A stretch of DNA of 64,000 bases, from the IMG/VR virus record IMGVR_UViG_3300032007_000018, positions 136,445 through 200,444 of that record; one strand, written 5' to 3'. How positions within the stretch are numbered: the first letter of the stretch is position 1; every line of letters starts with the position of its first letter. Source of the stretch: a virus. The notes under the pieces are model-generated. The model did not search any database and was not told the origin of the DNA. It saw only the letters and a list, made by a program, of their open reading frames with translations. The position numbers were made by a program, and so were the translations under genes. Positions 1-8,718 of the stretch are shown here, piece after piece.

Positions 1-10
1 TAATAGGAAT

Positions 11-709
11 ATGGTATTTGCAGGAAGACCATACCCATTCACCGCAGAAAAAGGGATTGAAATCATTAGGAAACAAATGCTTCCTACTTTGGGACTCGGT
101 AAATGGACAGATTGGAAAGATACTTTTCTTTCTTCGTTTAAGGATGAACGTTCGCAAGAATTATACCATTTTTCTAAATTAATTCCAATAGGAGATGGAT
201 TTAAGAGATATAGCGATGTAGTTCGCAACGGTCCAAATACGTGTCATTTTAATGATTTACTGCGCTCTACTTGTTACTCTCCGCTTTGGGCATATAAGAG
301 TATGGATTCACCTTGGTCCGGGGATAATACAGGTATGACGAGCGATAAAACCGAGGTTGTAGTTGGAAAACCCTGTAATTGTCCTGTTTGCGGCAAGGGC
401 AGGATAGCTTATACGGAATCTATGACTTGTCCGTCTTGCGCTGATAAATATGGATATTATAATAATGAAGATTATATAGAGTGTGAAATTTGTGGCACTA
501 TGACTCATTGTGATGATATTTATGAATTAGATTATTCTGGATTAAGGGTATGTCCTGAGTGTTTTGCACATGAGACAGCGATATGCCAAGAGTGCGGCGT
601 ACGGGATATGCCAGATGTAGTAAAATATAGAGATGGCGATTCAAGATGTTTGTGCCCAGACTGTTGGGCTAATAGTCAACATACGCCACCGGAAAGAATA
701 ATTTTTTAA
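11..709 (+). CDS. hypothetical protein with multiple CxxC zinc-ribbon motifs
   Basis: 232-aa intact ORF ending TAA; several CPxC/CxxC pairs; SD-like sequence downstream leads into next gene. Confidence 0.5.
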   Translation: MVFAGRPYPFTAEKGIEIIRKQMLPTLGLGKWTDWKDTFLSSFKDERSQELYHFSKLIPIGDGFKRYSDVVRNGPNTCHFNDLLRSTCYSPLWAYKSMDSPWSGDNTGMTSDKTEVVVGKPCNCPVCGKGRIAYTESMTCPSCADKYGYYNNEDYIECEICGTMTHCDDIYELDYSGLRVCPECFAHETAICQECGVRDMPDVVKYRDGDSRCLCPDCWANSQHTPPERIIF

Positions 710-720
710 GGAGATAAGAT

Positions 721-1035
721 ATGGCAAAAGGCAATGTAGCAAAAGAGAAAGTTGTAAAAATTATAGCAGATGCTCTTGGTGATGATTATATCGGTGAGTA
801 TGATAAGAAATATTATTGTTGGGCAGATGATGGCGGAAGTAAAATTCAGATTGCCATTTCTCTTACTTGTCCGAAAGTATATCGCGGAGTCGAAGAGACG
901 ACTTCGCCAGAAATGAACTTTGATGACGAGAGCGATTCACCTGCGGCCGCAGATGAAGGAAGTTTTAAACCTGCTGATATTACGCAGGAAGAACAAGATA
1001 CGTTGGCAGATTTAATGCGAAGATTAAATCTGTAA
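721..1035 (+). CDS. hypothetical acidic protein
   Basis: ORF after GGAGATAAGAT SD; ends TAA; contains CTGCGGCCGCAG palindrome. Confidence 0.45.
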   Translation: MAKGNVAKEKVVKIIADALGDDYIGEYDKKYYCWADDGGSKIQIAISLTCPKVYRGVEETTSPEMNFDDESDSPAAADEGSFKPADITQEEQDTLADLMRRLNL

Positions 1036-1114
1036 AGTTGGGCAATTTTATTTATTCTTCTTTATAAAATTTTTATATACAATAGAAGAATAAAATAAAA
1101 GGAGAGTAAATAAA

Positions 1115-2110
1115 ATGGGAAAAAAGATTGATTTAACAAATTAGCGTTTTGGAAAATTATTAGTATTAAAAGAAGGCGGACGAGACTCTTCTAATAAGAT
1201 TTTATGGATTTGTAAATGCGATTGCGGTAATATTAAAGAAGTCCGCGGCAGTGATTTAAGAAGCGGTAAAATTCTTTCTTGTGGTTGTTTTGGGAAACAA
1301 CAAAGAATTATTGGAAAACAAAAGTATTTACAAAACAAAGGAATTGGTTTTCGTAATGACTTAACAAATAAAAAATTTGGAAAATTATTAGTGCTAGAAT
1401 TCAATTAGGAAGAAACACAAAAACAAAGAGAAAAACGAAAAAATTATTCTAGTTTGTGGAAATGCAAATGCGATTGTGGAAATATAATTAACGTAGAAGG
1501 ATCTGCTTTAACAAGCGGACATACTAAATCATGTGGTTGTTTGCAAAAGGAATTGGCATCTAAGAATATGAAATAGAATATTTAGCCAATAGGAGCAACA
1601 ACTAGATTTATAGATTTAACAAATAAAAAATTTGGAAACTTAACAGTCTTAGAGCGTTGTTTAAAGAATAATCAACAAAATAAGCCTCGCTGGATTTGTA
1701 AATGCGAATGTGGAAATATAGTAATTGTTGATGGAAGTTCTTTAAGACAAGGACTAACTTAGTCTTGTGGTTGTATAGGTAATTCATTAGGTCAAAATAA
1801 AATTAGGCAAATTTTATTAGATAATCATATATTATTTTAGCAAGAAGTAAAATTTAAAGACTTGAAAGATTAGTCTTATTTACGTTTTGATTTTGGCATA
1901 TATGATTCAAATAAAAATCTTGTTAAATTAATTGAATATGATGGAAGATAGCACACAGACGAAAGAAGTGCTTGGCATAATGAAGAATTAATCAAGCATG
2001 ACTAGATGAAAAATGAGTATTGTAAAAATCATAATATTCCATTACAAAGAATCTCTTATTTAGACTATGATAAAATTGATTTAGAATATCTTTTGGACGA
2101 GGTAGAATAA
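1115..2110 (+). CDS. homing-endonuclease-like protein: repeated W-x-C-K/Q-C-D-C-G-N ... CGC zinc-finger modules plus C-terminal Vsr/DUF559-like PD-(D/E)xK domain; 8 in-frame TAG codons
   Basis: ATG after AAGGAG; single frame readable through to TAA at 2108 only if TAG is sense; C-terminus EYDGR*H... aligns to EFDGAQHF of the intact paralogue at 22033-23169. Confidence 0.5.
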
Positions 2111-2158
2111 TTTTCTACCTCGCTTTTTTATTTATGACACAAGAGGAATCTTCTTTCT

Positions 2159-2212
2159 TTGATTTTTTATAAAAAATATATTATAATATTTATAGAAAAT
2201 AAAGATAAGGAG
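2159..2212 (+). promoter_or_regulatory. sigma70-like promoter repeat (TTGATT -35, 17-nt spacer, TATAAT -10, AAGGAG SD)
   Basis: first of about 20 near-identical copies of tttgatttttataaaaaatatattataatatatatagaaaataaagataaggag. Confidence 0.6.
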
Positions 2213-2221
2213 TTGTTCAAT

Positions 2222-2485
2222 ATGTTCCTTGGTTATCACGATAGTCCTAGCTGCGATTTTGATCTTTGGAGTCCTAATCCTACCAGATGGGGTAATAACG
2301 CGATTGAGAATCGTGCATTCTCTCCGTTTGCAAAGCATCAGACCGAGCTGGATGAAATAGTCGAAATGATTGCGACCGGTAGCACTTCCTTTGAGCTGGA
2401 CGATGATTTCGGTCCTTCTGATCTGGAGTATATCCAGAATGAGCTTGAAAAACGTGGTATTTATGCCAATTTATCATTATCTTAA
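2222..2485 (+). CDS. hypothetical protein
   Basis: ATG 10 nt after AAGGAG of promoter/SD repeat; ends TAA. Confidence 0.5.
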   Translation: MFLGYHDSPSCDFDLWSPNPTRWGNNAIENRAFSPFAKHQTELDEIVEMIATGSTSFELDDDFGPSDLEYIQNELEKRGIYANLSLS

Positions 2486-2659
2486 AAGGGATGGTCATAT
2501 GAATGAAGCATAGACTTTAGAACAAAAAGTCAAATTGTATGTTGAATGGACTCCAGATAATCCATATTATGGTAATTATAAATATTTAGATGAACTTGGG
2601 ATGCAATATGGATATGGAGTTGTCTTTAAAGAAATTAAGCGTTAGAAAAAAGATTATAT

Positions 2660-2690
2660 TTGATTTTTATAAAAAATTTTGTTATAATAT
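2660..2690 (+). promoter_or_regulatory. promoter repeat copy driving the tRNA array
   Basis: TTGATT...gttataat about 35 nt upstream of tRNA-Tyr. Confidence 0.55.
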
Positions 2691-2723
2691 ATATACAAGA
2701 TAAGAAAAGAAAGAAAAAAGTAT

Positions 2724-2807
2724 GGGTCGGTATGCAAATTGGTGAAGCAAGCGGTCTGTAAAATCGTGACGTAAGAGACGTTGTTGGTTCAAGTCCAACC
2801 CGGCCCA
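2724..2807 (+). tRNA. tRNA-Tyr (GTA), class II, CCA encoded
   Basis: acceptor GGGTCGG/CCGGCCC, anticodon loop cuGUAaa, long variable arm, T-arm GTTGG-TTCAAGT-CCAAC. Confidence 0.6.
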
Positions 2808-2881
2808 CCAAAACTCCTTCACAACGTCTTGCGCGTTTACCCTACAGGAGTATAAACAAGAAGGAAGAACGCGCTACATAT

Positions 2882-2951
2882 GGGCTGGTAACACTGGGGA
2901 GTGTAGGGTTAGACCCACCGCGGAAAGTTGGTTCGACTCCAACCTAGTCCA
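2882..2951 (+). tRNA. tRNA-like gene with atypical anticodon arm (isotype unresolved)
   Basis: good acceptor (GGGCTGG/CTAGTCC), D-arm and T-arm (GGTTCGACTCC) and CCA, but no canonical 5-bp/7-nt anticodon stem-loop could be drawn. Confidence 0.35.
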
Positions 2952-3022
2952 CCATAAGAGAGATCTTTATAATTAGAGCGGAGAGGACGCTGAGATGCCC
3001 GCAAGAGTAAAGTCCTCATTAT

Positions 3023-3094
3023 GGCTCGTTAGCGTAGCGGTAGCGCAATCGGCTGTTAACCGATGGGTCGTAGGTTCGAATCCTACACGAGCCG
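3023..3094 (+). tRNA. tRNA-Asn (GTT)
   Basis: acceptor GGCTCGT/ACGAGCC, anticodon stem ATCGG/CCGAT loop cuGUUaa, CCA encoded. Confidence 0.7.
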
Positions 3095-3281
3095 CCAGAC
3101 CCGTGGATCCGAGGGTACAGTATCGGACAAAATACGCTGGCATATCGTAGAGAGTGCGCAATCTCAAATATGCATTGCCGTGTGATGAATTGACACGGGA
3201 TATAAAGATTGTCAATTCCAGGTCGCTTGAACCTGAAAGGCCCTGTCGGCGGTACGGGAGAAGAAAAGCATCCGCTTATAT

Positions 3282-3352
3282 AGGCGACTGGTGTAACGGT
3301 AGCATGCCGCTCTCCAAAAGCGTTGGTCAGGGTTCGAATCCTTGGTCGCCTG
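3282..3352 (+). tRNA. tRNA-Trp (CCA)
   Basis: acceptor AGGCGAC/GTCGCCT, loop cuCCAaa, T-arm GGTTCGAATCC. Confidence 0.55.
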
Positions 3353-3443
3353 CCATTTTTCCTTTACTCGTAGAGCAAAAGTCAGCTGTAACGAGTAGTC
3401 CTTATCAAAGCGACGCTTTTGAGCCAACTGCTGACTTATATAT

Positions 3444-3527
3444 GCGCGAGTGCTGGAATAGGTAGACAGTCAAGCTTGAGGTGCTTGTGTTCGTAAGAGC
3501 GTGCGGGTTCAAGTCCCGCCTTGCGCA
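3444..3527 (+). tRNA. tRNA-Leu (GAG), class II
   Basis: anticodon stem CAAGC/GCTTG loop uuGAGgu; long variable arm; CCA. Confidence 0.65.
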
Positions 3528-3534
3528 CCAATAT

Positions 3535-3606
3535 ACCTCGGTAGTTCAGCGGTAGAACGCCGGACTCATATTCCGTAAGTCGTTGGTTCAAATCCAACTC
3601 GAGGTA
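3535..3606 (+). tRNA. tRNA-Met (CAT)
   Basis: loop cuCAUau, D-stem GTTC/GAAC, T-arm GTTGG-TTCAAAT-CCAAC, CCA. Confidence 0.6.
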
Positions 3607-3767
3607 CCATTTTCTCTTTTCAAGCCACTTGATTGTGCGAATGACTGAACGCACGTAAAACCGGCGATGGGCAAGCCATAAGCGTATGCGATAAACCAAG
3701 AGGTCAACGCTATCGAACCGAATATACCGTGGTGTAAAAGACCAAAGGAGTAGTAGATAGCGTATAT

Positions 3768-3843
3768 GGGCAGGTAGCTCAGCTTTGGTAGTAGCACTTG
3801 GCTGAAGCCCAAGGTGTCGGGGGTTCAATTCCCTCCCTGCCCA
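3768..3843 (+). tRNA. tRNA-Phe (GAA)
   Basis: acceptor GGGCAGG/CCTGCCC, stem CTTGG/CCAAG, loop cuGAAgc. Confidence 0.7.
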
Positions 3844-3922
3844 CCACACGCCATATTGGTGGATAAAACAGAATCATTGCAACCGCGTTGGCGTTGTGTC
3901 CTCCGATATGGCGCCACCTTAT

Positions 3923-3994
3923 GGTGGAATTGGTGTAGTGGTAGCACGAAAGTTTGTGGCACTTTTAGTATCGGATCGTAACCGATATTCCACC
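3923..3994 (+). tRNA. tRNA-His (GTG) with genomically encoded G-1 opposite C73
   Basis: g|GTGGAAT acceptor, loop uuGUGgc, discriminator C, CCA. Confidence 0.65.
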
Positions 3995-4000
3995 CCATAT

Positions 4001-4077
4001 GCTGTAGTAGCTCAGTTGGTAGAGCGCCGCACTGATAATGCGGAGGTTTTTCGCAGGTTTGAACCCTGCCTGCAGCA
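4001..4077 (+). tRNA. tRNA-Ile (GAT)
   Basis: stem CCGCA/TGCGG loop cuGAUaa, D-arm GCTCAGTTGGTAGAGC. Confidence 0.65.
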
Positions 4078-4133
4078 CCAACAGTTTAGCCCCTAATTCG
4101 AGTCTTTCTGTCAAAAAGATGATGATTTTATAT

Positions 4134-4288
4134 CCCGTACTAGCTCAACCGGCCAGAGCATCCGACTTGCCGGTATAGTGTAACGGTAGCACGAAGGATG
4201 CCCCTCGTAATCTGGGGAGGAGTAAGTTCAATTCTTACTATCGGCGCCAATAATCGGAAGGTTCCTGGTTCAATCCCAGGGTGCGGGA
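4134..4288 (+). tRNA. split tRNA gene: 5' half (acceptor, D-arm, 5' anticodon stem) and 3' half (3' anticodon stem, variable loop, T-arm, acceptor, CCA) separated by an about 81-nt insert in the anticodon loop; the spliced loop would be cuUAUaa (Ile/AUA) if the insert is excised exactly
   Basis: CCCGTAC...GTGCGGG pair perfectly; TCCGA/TCGGA anticodon stem halves at 4161-65 and 4254-58; D-arm GCTC...GAGC; T-arm CCTGG-TTCAATC-CCAGG. Confidence 0.45.
4169..4246 (+). tRNA. tRNA-like element nested inside the anticodon loop of the 4134-4288 tRNA; its own anticodon region is 28 nt (CCCC/GGGG stem with 9-nt loop ucguaaucu)
   Basis: acceptor GCCGGTA/TATCGGC, D-loop GTGTAACGGTAGCAC, T-arm GTAAG-TTCAATT-CTTAC, discriminator G, CCA. 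Confidence 0.4.
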
Positions 4289-4322
4289 CCAGATAAAGAC
4301 ACACGCAGCAATCTTACTTAAA

Positions 4323-4393
4323 AAGTATATTAGTCTAATGGTTGGACGCAAATCTTGAAAATTTGAATAGTAGGTTCGATTCCTACATACGCT
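4323..4393 (+). tRNA. class-I (short variable arm) tRNA with anticodon UGA (Ser codon UCA); identity unclear
   Basis: anticodon stem CAAAT/ATTTG loop cuUGAaa; T-arm GTAGG-TTCGATT-CCTAC; acceptor has one A-C mismatch and a U3-G70 pair. Confidence 0.4.
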
Positions 4394-4409
4394 TTTGAGG
4401 TGTCTTGCT

Positions 4410-4592
4410 ATGAAAATCTTAAAAATCGGAAAAAGATATGAGTGGCCGGTAACAATTCCATTTGACGGAAGAAAGAAAAGCGGTTTGTTTACTGGTAAGT
4501 ATAAAGAGAATGGCAATGCAATTCTTATAACCAAGGACGGTCAAAGATGGAGCGTTCCTCCTGAGAATTGTTACTTGGTTAAAAAGAAGTAA
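4410..4592 (+). CDS. hypothetical small protein (60 aa)
   Basis: ATG after GAGGTG; ends TAA. Confidence 0.4.
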   Translation: MKILKIGKRYEWPVTIPFDGRKKSGLFTGKYKENGNAILITKDGQRWSVPPENCYLVKKK

Positions 4593-4593
4593 T

Positions 4594-4648
4594 TTGACAT
4601 TTATAAAAAAATTTTATATAATATATATAGAAAATAAAGATAAGGAGA
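4594..4648 (+). promoter_or_regulatory. promoter repeat copy (TTGACA -35, 17 nt, TATAAT, AAGGAG)
   Basis: consensus-spaced -35/-10 and SD. Confidence 0.6.
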
Positions 4649-4652
4649 AACA

Positions 4653-4826
4653 ATGGAAGATTGTAAATACAAAAAGCTTTTCCCGCTTACCAACAAAATA
4701 CATTGTTTTTCCTACTGCAAATCCAAAAGAAAAGATGGATTACACTGGGCTCATTATCCCTATTGCGAGGATAATGCGTGTCCTTTGAAACATCCTGAGC
4801 TTCTGGAGGGTGCAGAACTTCAGTAA
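4653..4826 (+). CDS. hypothetical Cys-rich small protein (57 aa)
   Basis: ATG 6 nt after AAGGAG; C-x-x-C pairs; ends TAA. Confidence 0.4.
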   Translation: MEDCKYKKLFPLTNKIHCFSYCKSKRKDGLHWAHYPYCEDNACPLKHPELLEGAELQ

Positions 4827-4829
4827 TAT

Positions 4830-4903
4830 GCGCGCTTAGCTCAGCTGGTTAGAGCACCACGTTTACACCGTGGGGGTCGGGGGTCCGAATCCCTCAGTGC
4901 GCA
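4830..4903 (+). tRNA. tRNA-Val (TAC)
   Basis: stem CCACG/CGTGG loop uuUACac; acceptor GCGCGCT/AGTGCGC; CCA. Confidence 0.7.
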
Positions 4904-4909
4904 CCATCA

Positions 4910-5335
4910 GTAATAGCTTAAAATTAGACCCTTAAGAGCGACCCGTGCGCAGGGGAAATGGTGAGAGAGAGGTTCACCTTACTGAGCCAGGCCAAGTATG
5001 CTACTGCTGAAAAATCGCGAGTAAGGCTTCGGGGATGCTTGGTGGTCGAGCCCCAGAAAAAAGACCACCCCAGGCGAGTGAGAGGATAACCGGTGCATAA
5101 CGGAAAAAGCCCCTAACATAAGCTCACTCAGTAAGAATAAGTATTTTGAGACGCATACAGCAATCATTATCAAGTCACTTGAAAATGATTTTTAGGGTAA
5201 AATATTGGTTCTACCGATGTGGTGTGGAAATCCACACTACCCCACCCGAAGTCCTTTGGTTGTGGACAGCTTCTGCTTCGGTTAGGTTTGATTAAAGCAT
5301 AGTCCTCTGTGTCTCGGAGCATTTAAGAGAGGTAC
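4910..5335 (+). ncRNA. candidate structured non-coding RNA (ORF-free, GC-richer, many local helices)
   Basis: no ORF over 65 aa; begins with ACAGCAAUC motif at 5158; multiple GGUUC/GAACC-type hairpins. Confidence 0.25.
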
Positions 5336-5336
5336 A

Positions 5337-5807
5337 ATGTTAAAAATATACACAAGCTATTTTTATCAAGTTCGATTTATGAAACCCCATATGGTGCCTC
5401 TTTCTACTGCGTGCTTTGACCCTCGCTGGTTTCATCAGAATAAAGGGCAAGATTTTGTTTGGAAAGATAAAAATGGTGTGTATAATGGTTTGCGCGCGCC
5501 GGTGTTTGCGCCCGGTCCTCTCTGTGAGAATCTATGTCGCGGGCCAGAAACCTGCGTAACGCGAGATCCGCAAACTTGTCTTTTTCTAAATACCTATCGG
5601 TATCAACTTGACCAACTTGATTTCAATGATGTAGTTGCTCGCTGTGAGCGTTTGGGCAAATATGTTCAATCATTAGAGCACTTCGCCGAAGAACCTGTGA
5701 TAATGCTCCTTGTTCACGAGGCGCCTCAGAATCCCTGCTCCGAGCGTCGTGTCATCCAGGAATGGTTCGCCGCAAACGGAAAGGAAGTAGTAGAATGGCA
5801 GAAATAA
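5337..5807 (+). CDS. hypothetical protein
   Basis: 156-aa ORF; start could be internal (ATG 5386). Confidence 0.4.
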   Translation: MLKIYTSYFYQVRFMKPHMVPLSTACFDPRWFHQNKGQDFVWKDKNGVYNGLRAPVFAPGPLCENLCRGPETCVTRDPQTCLFLNTYRYQLDQLDFNDVVARCERLGKYVQSLEHFAEEPVIMLLVHEAPQNPCSERRVIQEWFAANGKEVVEWQK

Positions 5808-6034
5808 CTTTACATTATACTCCAGAGGAATTGAAAGTTCTTTTAGATGCTTTGAATCACGGATGTGTTGCTCTTGGGAAAGTATATGCCGGCGCACGTC
5901 TTGGATGTGAAATTCCTGCCGAATTTGAGGCTAAATTTAAATCAATGACTTTTGAGGAAATTAACGAATATACGCGCTTTCGATTTAATAGTTTGCGTGA
6001 GTTGTATGAGTATCTTTTAACCTTTGAAGAATAA
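5795..6034 (+). CDS. hypothetical protein
   Basis: ATG after GGAAGGAAG; ends TAA. Confidence 0.45.
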   Translation: MAEITLHYTPEELKVLLDALNHGCVALGKVYAGARLGCEIPAEFEAKFKSMTFEEINEYTRFRFNSLRELYEYLLTFEE

Positions 6035-6081
6035 ATGCGGGTGTCGTATAACGGCTATTATACCTGGTTTCCACCCAGGAG

Positions 6082-6318
6082 ATGTGGTTTCAACTACCAT
6101 CACTCGCTCCAAAAATGAGGTATCATATGTATAGTTGTCCTATATGTAACAGAATATTTGAATCTGAAGAGGGTGTTGCGAAACACTCTTTGAAGTGTTG
6201 GAAAGAACAGAATCCTTATCATCAATCTAAGCCTGCTCCTCGTAGCGACGATATTGTTGAGCGAGAAGTAAGTGATGATGTTCTTAACTTTTTTGCGTCT
6301 TTCCAGAGAGGGAATTAA
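6082..6318 (+). CDS. hypothetical C2H2-like zinc-finger protein
   Basis: CPIC...H...C motif; ends TAA. Confidence 0.4.
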   Translation: MWFQLPSLAPKMRYHMYSCPICNRIFESEEGVAKHSLKCWKEQNPYHQSKPAPRSDDIVEREVSDDVLNFFASFQRGN

Positions 6319-6320
6319 CT

Positions 6321-6671
6321 ATGCAAGAAGTAATGGTAAAAACCCATCTTATTGTGACTGATGTTCACGAAGAATATAAAGTTGAATGGTGTGGTAAAAT
6401 CGCCAATACAAAACCTTTATTGCAGAATTGTATGCCAGTATTCGTGATTATTGGTTCAGAAGAGCGCGTAGAAATCAATACTATTGACATAAGATATGTA
6501 GAAGATTACGCAAAACGCCTTACGCATCCACGCGGTAGACAGGCTGTGACTACAGATATTTCACGTATTTATCTGATGCAAGAAGATCGCTCATTGGCGT
6601 TTATGGGTAAAGTTACTCACAATCATGTGAAACAATATCAGCAGATGTATGATCCTGTAAACAAGATATAA
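6321..6671 (+). CDS. hypothetical protein
   Basis: ATG 4 nt after upstream stop; 116 aa; ends TAA. Confidence 0.5.
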   Translation: MQEVMVKTHLIVTDVHEEYKVEWCGKIANTKPLLQNCMPVFVIIGSEERVEINTIDIRYVEDYAKRLTHPRGRQAVTTDISRIYLMQEDRSLAFMGKVTHNHVKQYQQMYDPVNKI

Positions 6672-6745
6672 AGATTTCCCTTTGATTTTTATAAAAAAAT
6701 ATATTATAATATATATGTAAGATAAAGAAAGGGGAAATATAAAAA

Positions 6746-6937
6746 ATGTTCGATGATTTTGACACCCAAATTCATAGCGATGAAGTTATCCCCGAAGAGT
6801 ATGAGGACTGGCTGCGTTTCTGCGCCAGAGCTTATGAAGAAGCCGAATATGAAAAATATGATCACTTCGAGGAGGATGAAGATGACTGCTTTGAGCCTGG
6901 TCGCCCTTTCGTTTCCATGTTTGAACTGAATCCTTAA
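6746..6937 (+). CDS. hypothetical acidic small protein
   Basis: follows promoter repeat copy at 6682; ends TAA. Confidence 0.45.
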   Translation: MFDDFDTQIHSDEVIPEEYEDWLRFCARAYEEAEYEKYDHFEEDEDDCFEPGRPFVSMFELNP

Positions 6938-7039
6938 ACAAAAGAACTTCCCATTGATTTTTTAAAAAAAATAATATATAATATATATGTAAGATAAAGA
7001 AAGGGAAAAAACCAAGATAGAAAATTGGACTTGGCAATA

Positions 7040-8260
7040 AGACCATCACCCAAGTAAAATCTTACATTGAACATCAGATGTGAAACTCGCCGTCCTTAGA
7101 CAAGACGTAAAATCCCTATGACTCACACGGAGCCTGTCCGCGAGTACTGAAGGGCTCTTGATGTTCAATATCGGCGGTAAAGCAGACAAATTGGAGCCAA
7201 TCGAATGCCGCCACTCCTTATACAATATCGCTCCCCATTAATATATAACTGCGCGGGGGACTTGGACAGCCGTAAAGGAAATCCTGAGTAGTTTCGTATG
7301 GCACAACGAAAGGGTTGGTATCGACAGATGACGCGCAAAGAGGTTAGGAGTTGCAAACGCTTCCCTCTATAATCTAAAGCGTATAGTTTATGGGGGATGG
7401 GACTGCATAGAGTGGTCATCTGTCTTGCACACAGAAAATCAGACGGGGGCGGTACCCGTATCCTCCACCAGCCGGTTCGTTTAGTGCGTTTCCTTACCGT
7501 TAAGAAGTGAAAGCTGAAGGCGATCTCCACGGAGGCGCACCGTGCTCGCCAAAAACGACGTCGTGTTTACTGCGGAAATGCGGGTTCGAGCCCCGTCCGC
7601 GCTCGTCCAGGAAGTGGGCGCGGTAGTTTCAATGGGTAAAACGCCCAGTAAATGAGTCCCGCACAGCTTACAGCCTCCACGTGGCGCGGGATGGGTAATG
7701 CTAATTGTAAGTGATTATTTCAACTCCGGCGTATAAAGGCGCCTGTCCTAGTAGCAGGTCTCACCGGCGGCAGTTCGTTTTGAAGTCATTCCTGTCGTTA
7801 TGAAGCGGTGGCCACCGTGAGGATATGATGGAGGGTTCCGGTCTCGAGAAAAGCTCGACCAACAGAGAGTATGTAATGTGCCGGTCATTACAGAACCTTC
7901 ATTTCGCACCCGTCTATGAAGTAAAACAAAGAGATTATAACGGGGTATGATGGATAATGTGCTTGGTCAATTACCTGCCCAATGTACCAGTCCATTGAAT
8001 GATGAATGAGGTGCGATTCCTCTGCACCATACAAGATGCTGTGCGGAATAGCGGTAAGGAAAACCGTTCTTGTATGGGTAAGGCGCCCTAGTGGGCGGGA
8101 TCTAAGGGCACACGTAGAGTTCCACGACAGTCGAACATCTCTTCCTTGGCGGGTTTGCGGTCAGCCCATAAAACCGCTCCGTATATGGCTCCGAGGGAAA
8201 ACGGGTTGATCCGCCAGCCTGTCTTGGATACTTACAAGGTATGTCTTTGGAAAAGGGATT
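7040..8260 (+). ncRNA. candidate large structured ncRNA (about 1.2 kb, ORF-poor, GC-rich relative to genome), GOLLD/ROOL-like by context or an intron remnant
   Basis: only short spurious ORFs; follows promoter repeat at 6954; lies inside the tRNA region; many GC-rich helices. Confidence 0.3.
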
Positions 8261-8267
8261 GGTGAAA

Positions 8268-8406
8268 AATGGAATTAAATCCTTCTCAAATAGGACAAGT
8301 AACAGAACTCAAATGCCAAACTTGGTTGATAGAGCATGGCTGGAATGTTCTTTTACCAGTTGGAAACTCTCAATATGCTGACGTAGCCCAATTGGCAGGA
8401 GGCACA
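8268..8406 (+). pseudogene. 5' remnant of a small nuclease gene (paralogue of 10660-11064) truncated where a tRNA gene begins
   Basis: MELNPSQIGQVTELKCQTWLIEHGWNVLLPVGNSQYAD resembles the N-terminus of ORF 10660-11064 and runs straight into the tRNA at 8377. Confidence 0.3.
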
Positions 8407-8451
8407 TGACTTAGGATCATGACAGTAAGAGTTCGAGTCTCTTCGTCAGTA
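8377..8451 (+). tRNA. class-I (short variable arm) tRNA with anticodon UAG (Leu codon CUA), A73, CCA
   Basis: stem CATGA/TCATG loop cuUAGga; T-arm AAGAG-TTCGAGT-CTCTT. Confidence 0.45.
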
Positions 8452-8668
8452 CCAAAAAGGTTGACTGCGCCTTTTGTCAAAAGCAAGTCTAAGCCTGTGA
8501 GCCAGGTCGATGGGAACCCTATAACACTCGTTAGGTGGGAAGGTGGCTTGGGAGTGCGATATGTAACTCCACTCGGGCACGCGAGGGGTCGGCTACGCGC
8601 ACTGGGCGCTAAAAGGGGTGACAGCCACCAGTTTTATATGCGGGTTTGATGTAAGAGGGAGCATAGTG

Positions 8669-8718
8669 GCTGGCTGAATCCCAGCCGCAGGTATGGGTTC
8701 GATCCCCATAGCCGGCAG
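8669..8718 (+). ncRNA. tRNA-like minihelix (acceptor plus T-arm, no D/anticodon arms, no CCA)
   Basis: GCTGGCT...ATGGG-TTCGATC-CCCAT-AGCCGGC. Confidence 0.3.

Noticed and set aside
2507-2662. Small ORF readable through two TAGs to TGA
   Set aside because: It fits the recoding pattern, but there is no homology or start context to support it.
2973-4096. Short ORFs overlapping the tRNA array
   Set aside because: They overlap canonical tRNA genes on either strand and have no start context.
4910-5335. Possible tmRNA
   Set aside because: No tag-peptide reading frame ending in ALAA plus stop, and no tRNA-like acceptor/T-arm pairing could be found, so it was left as a generic ncRNA candidate.
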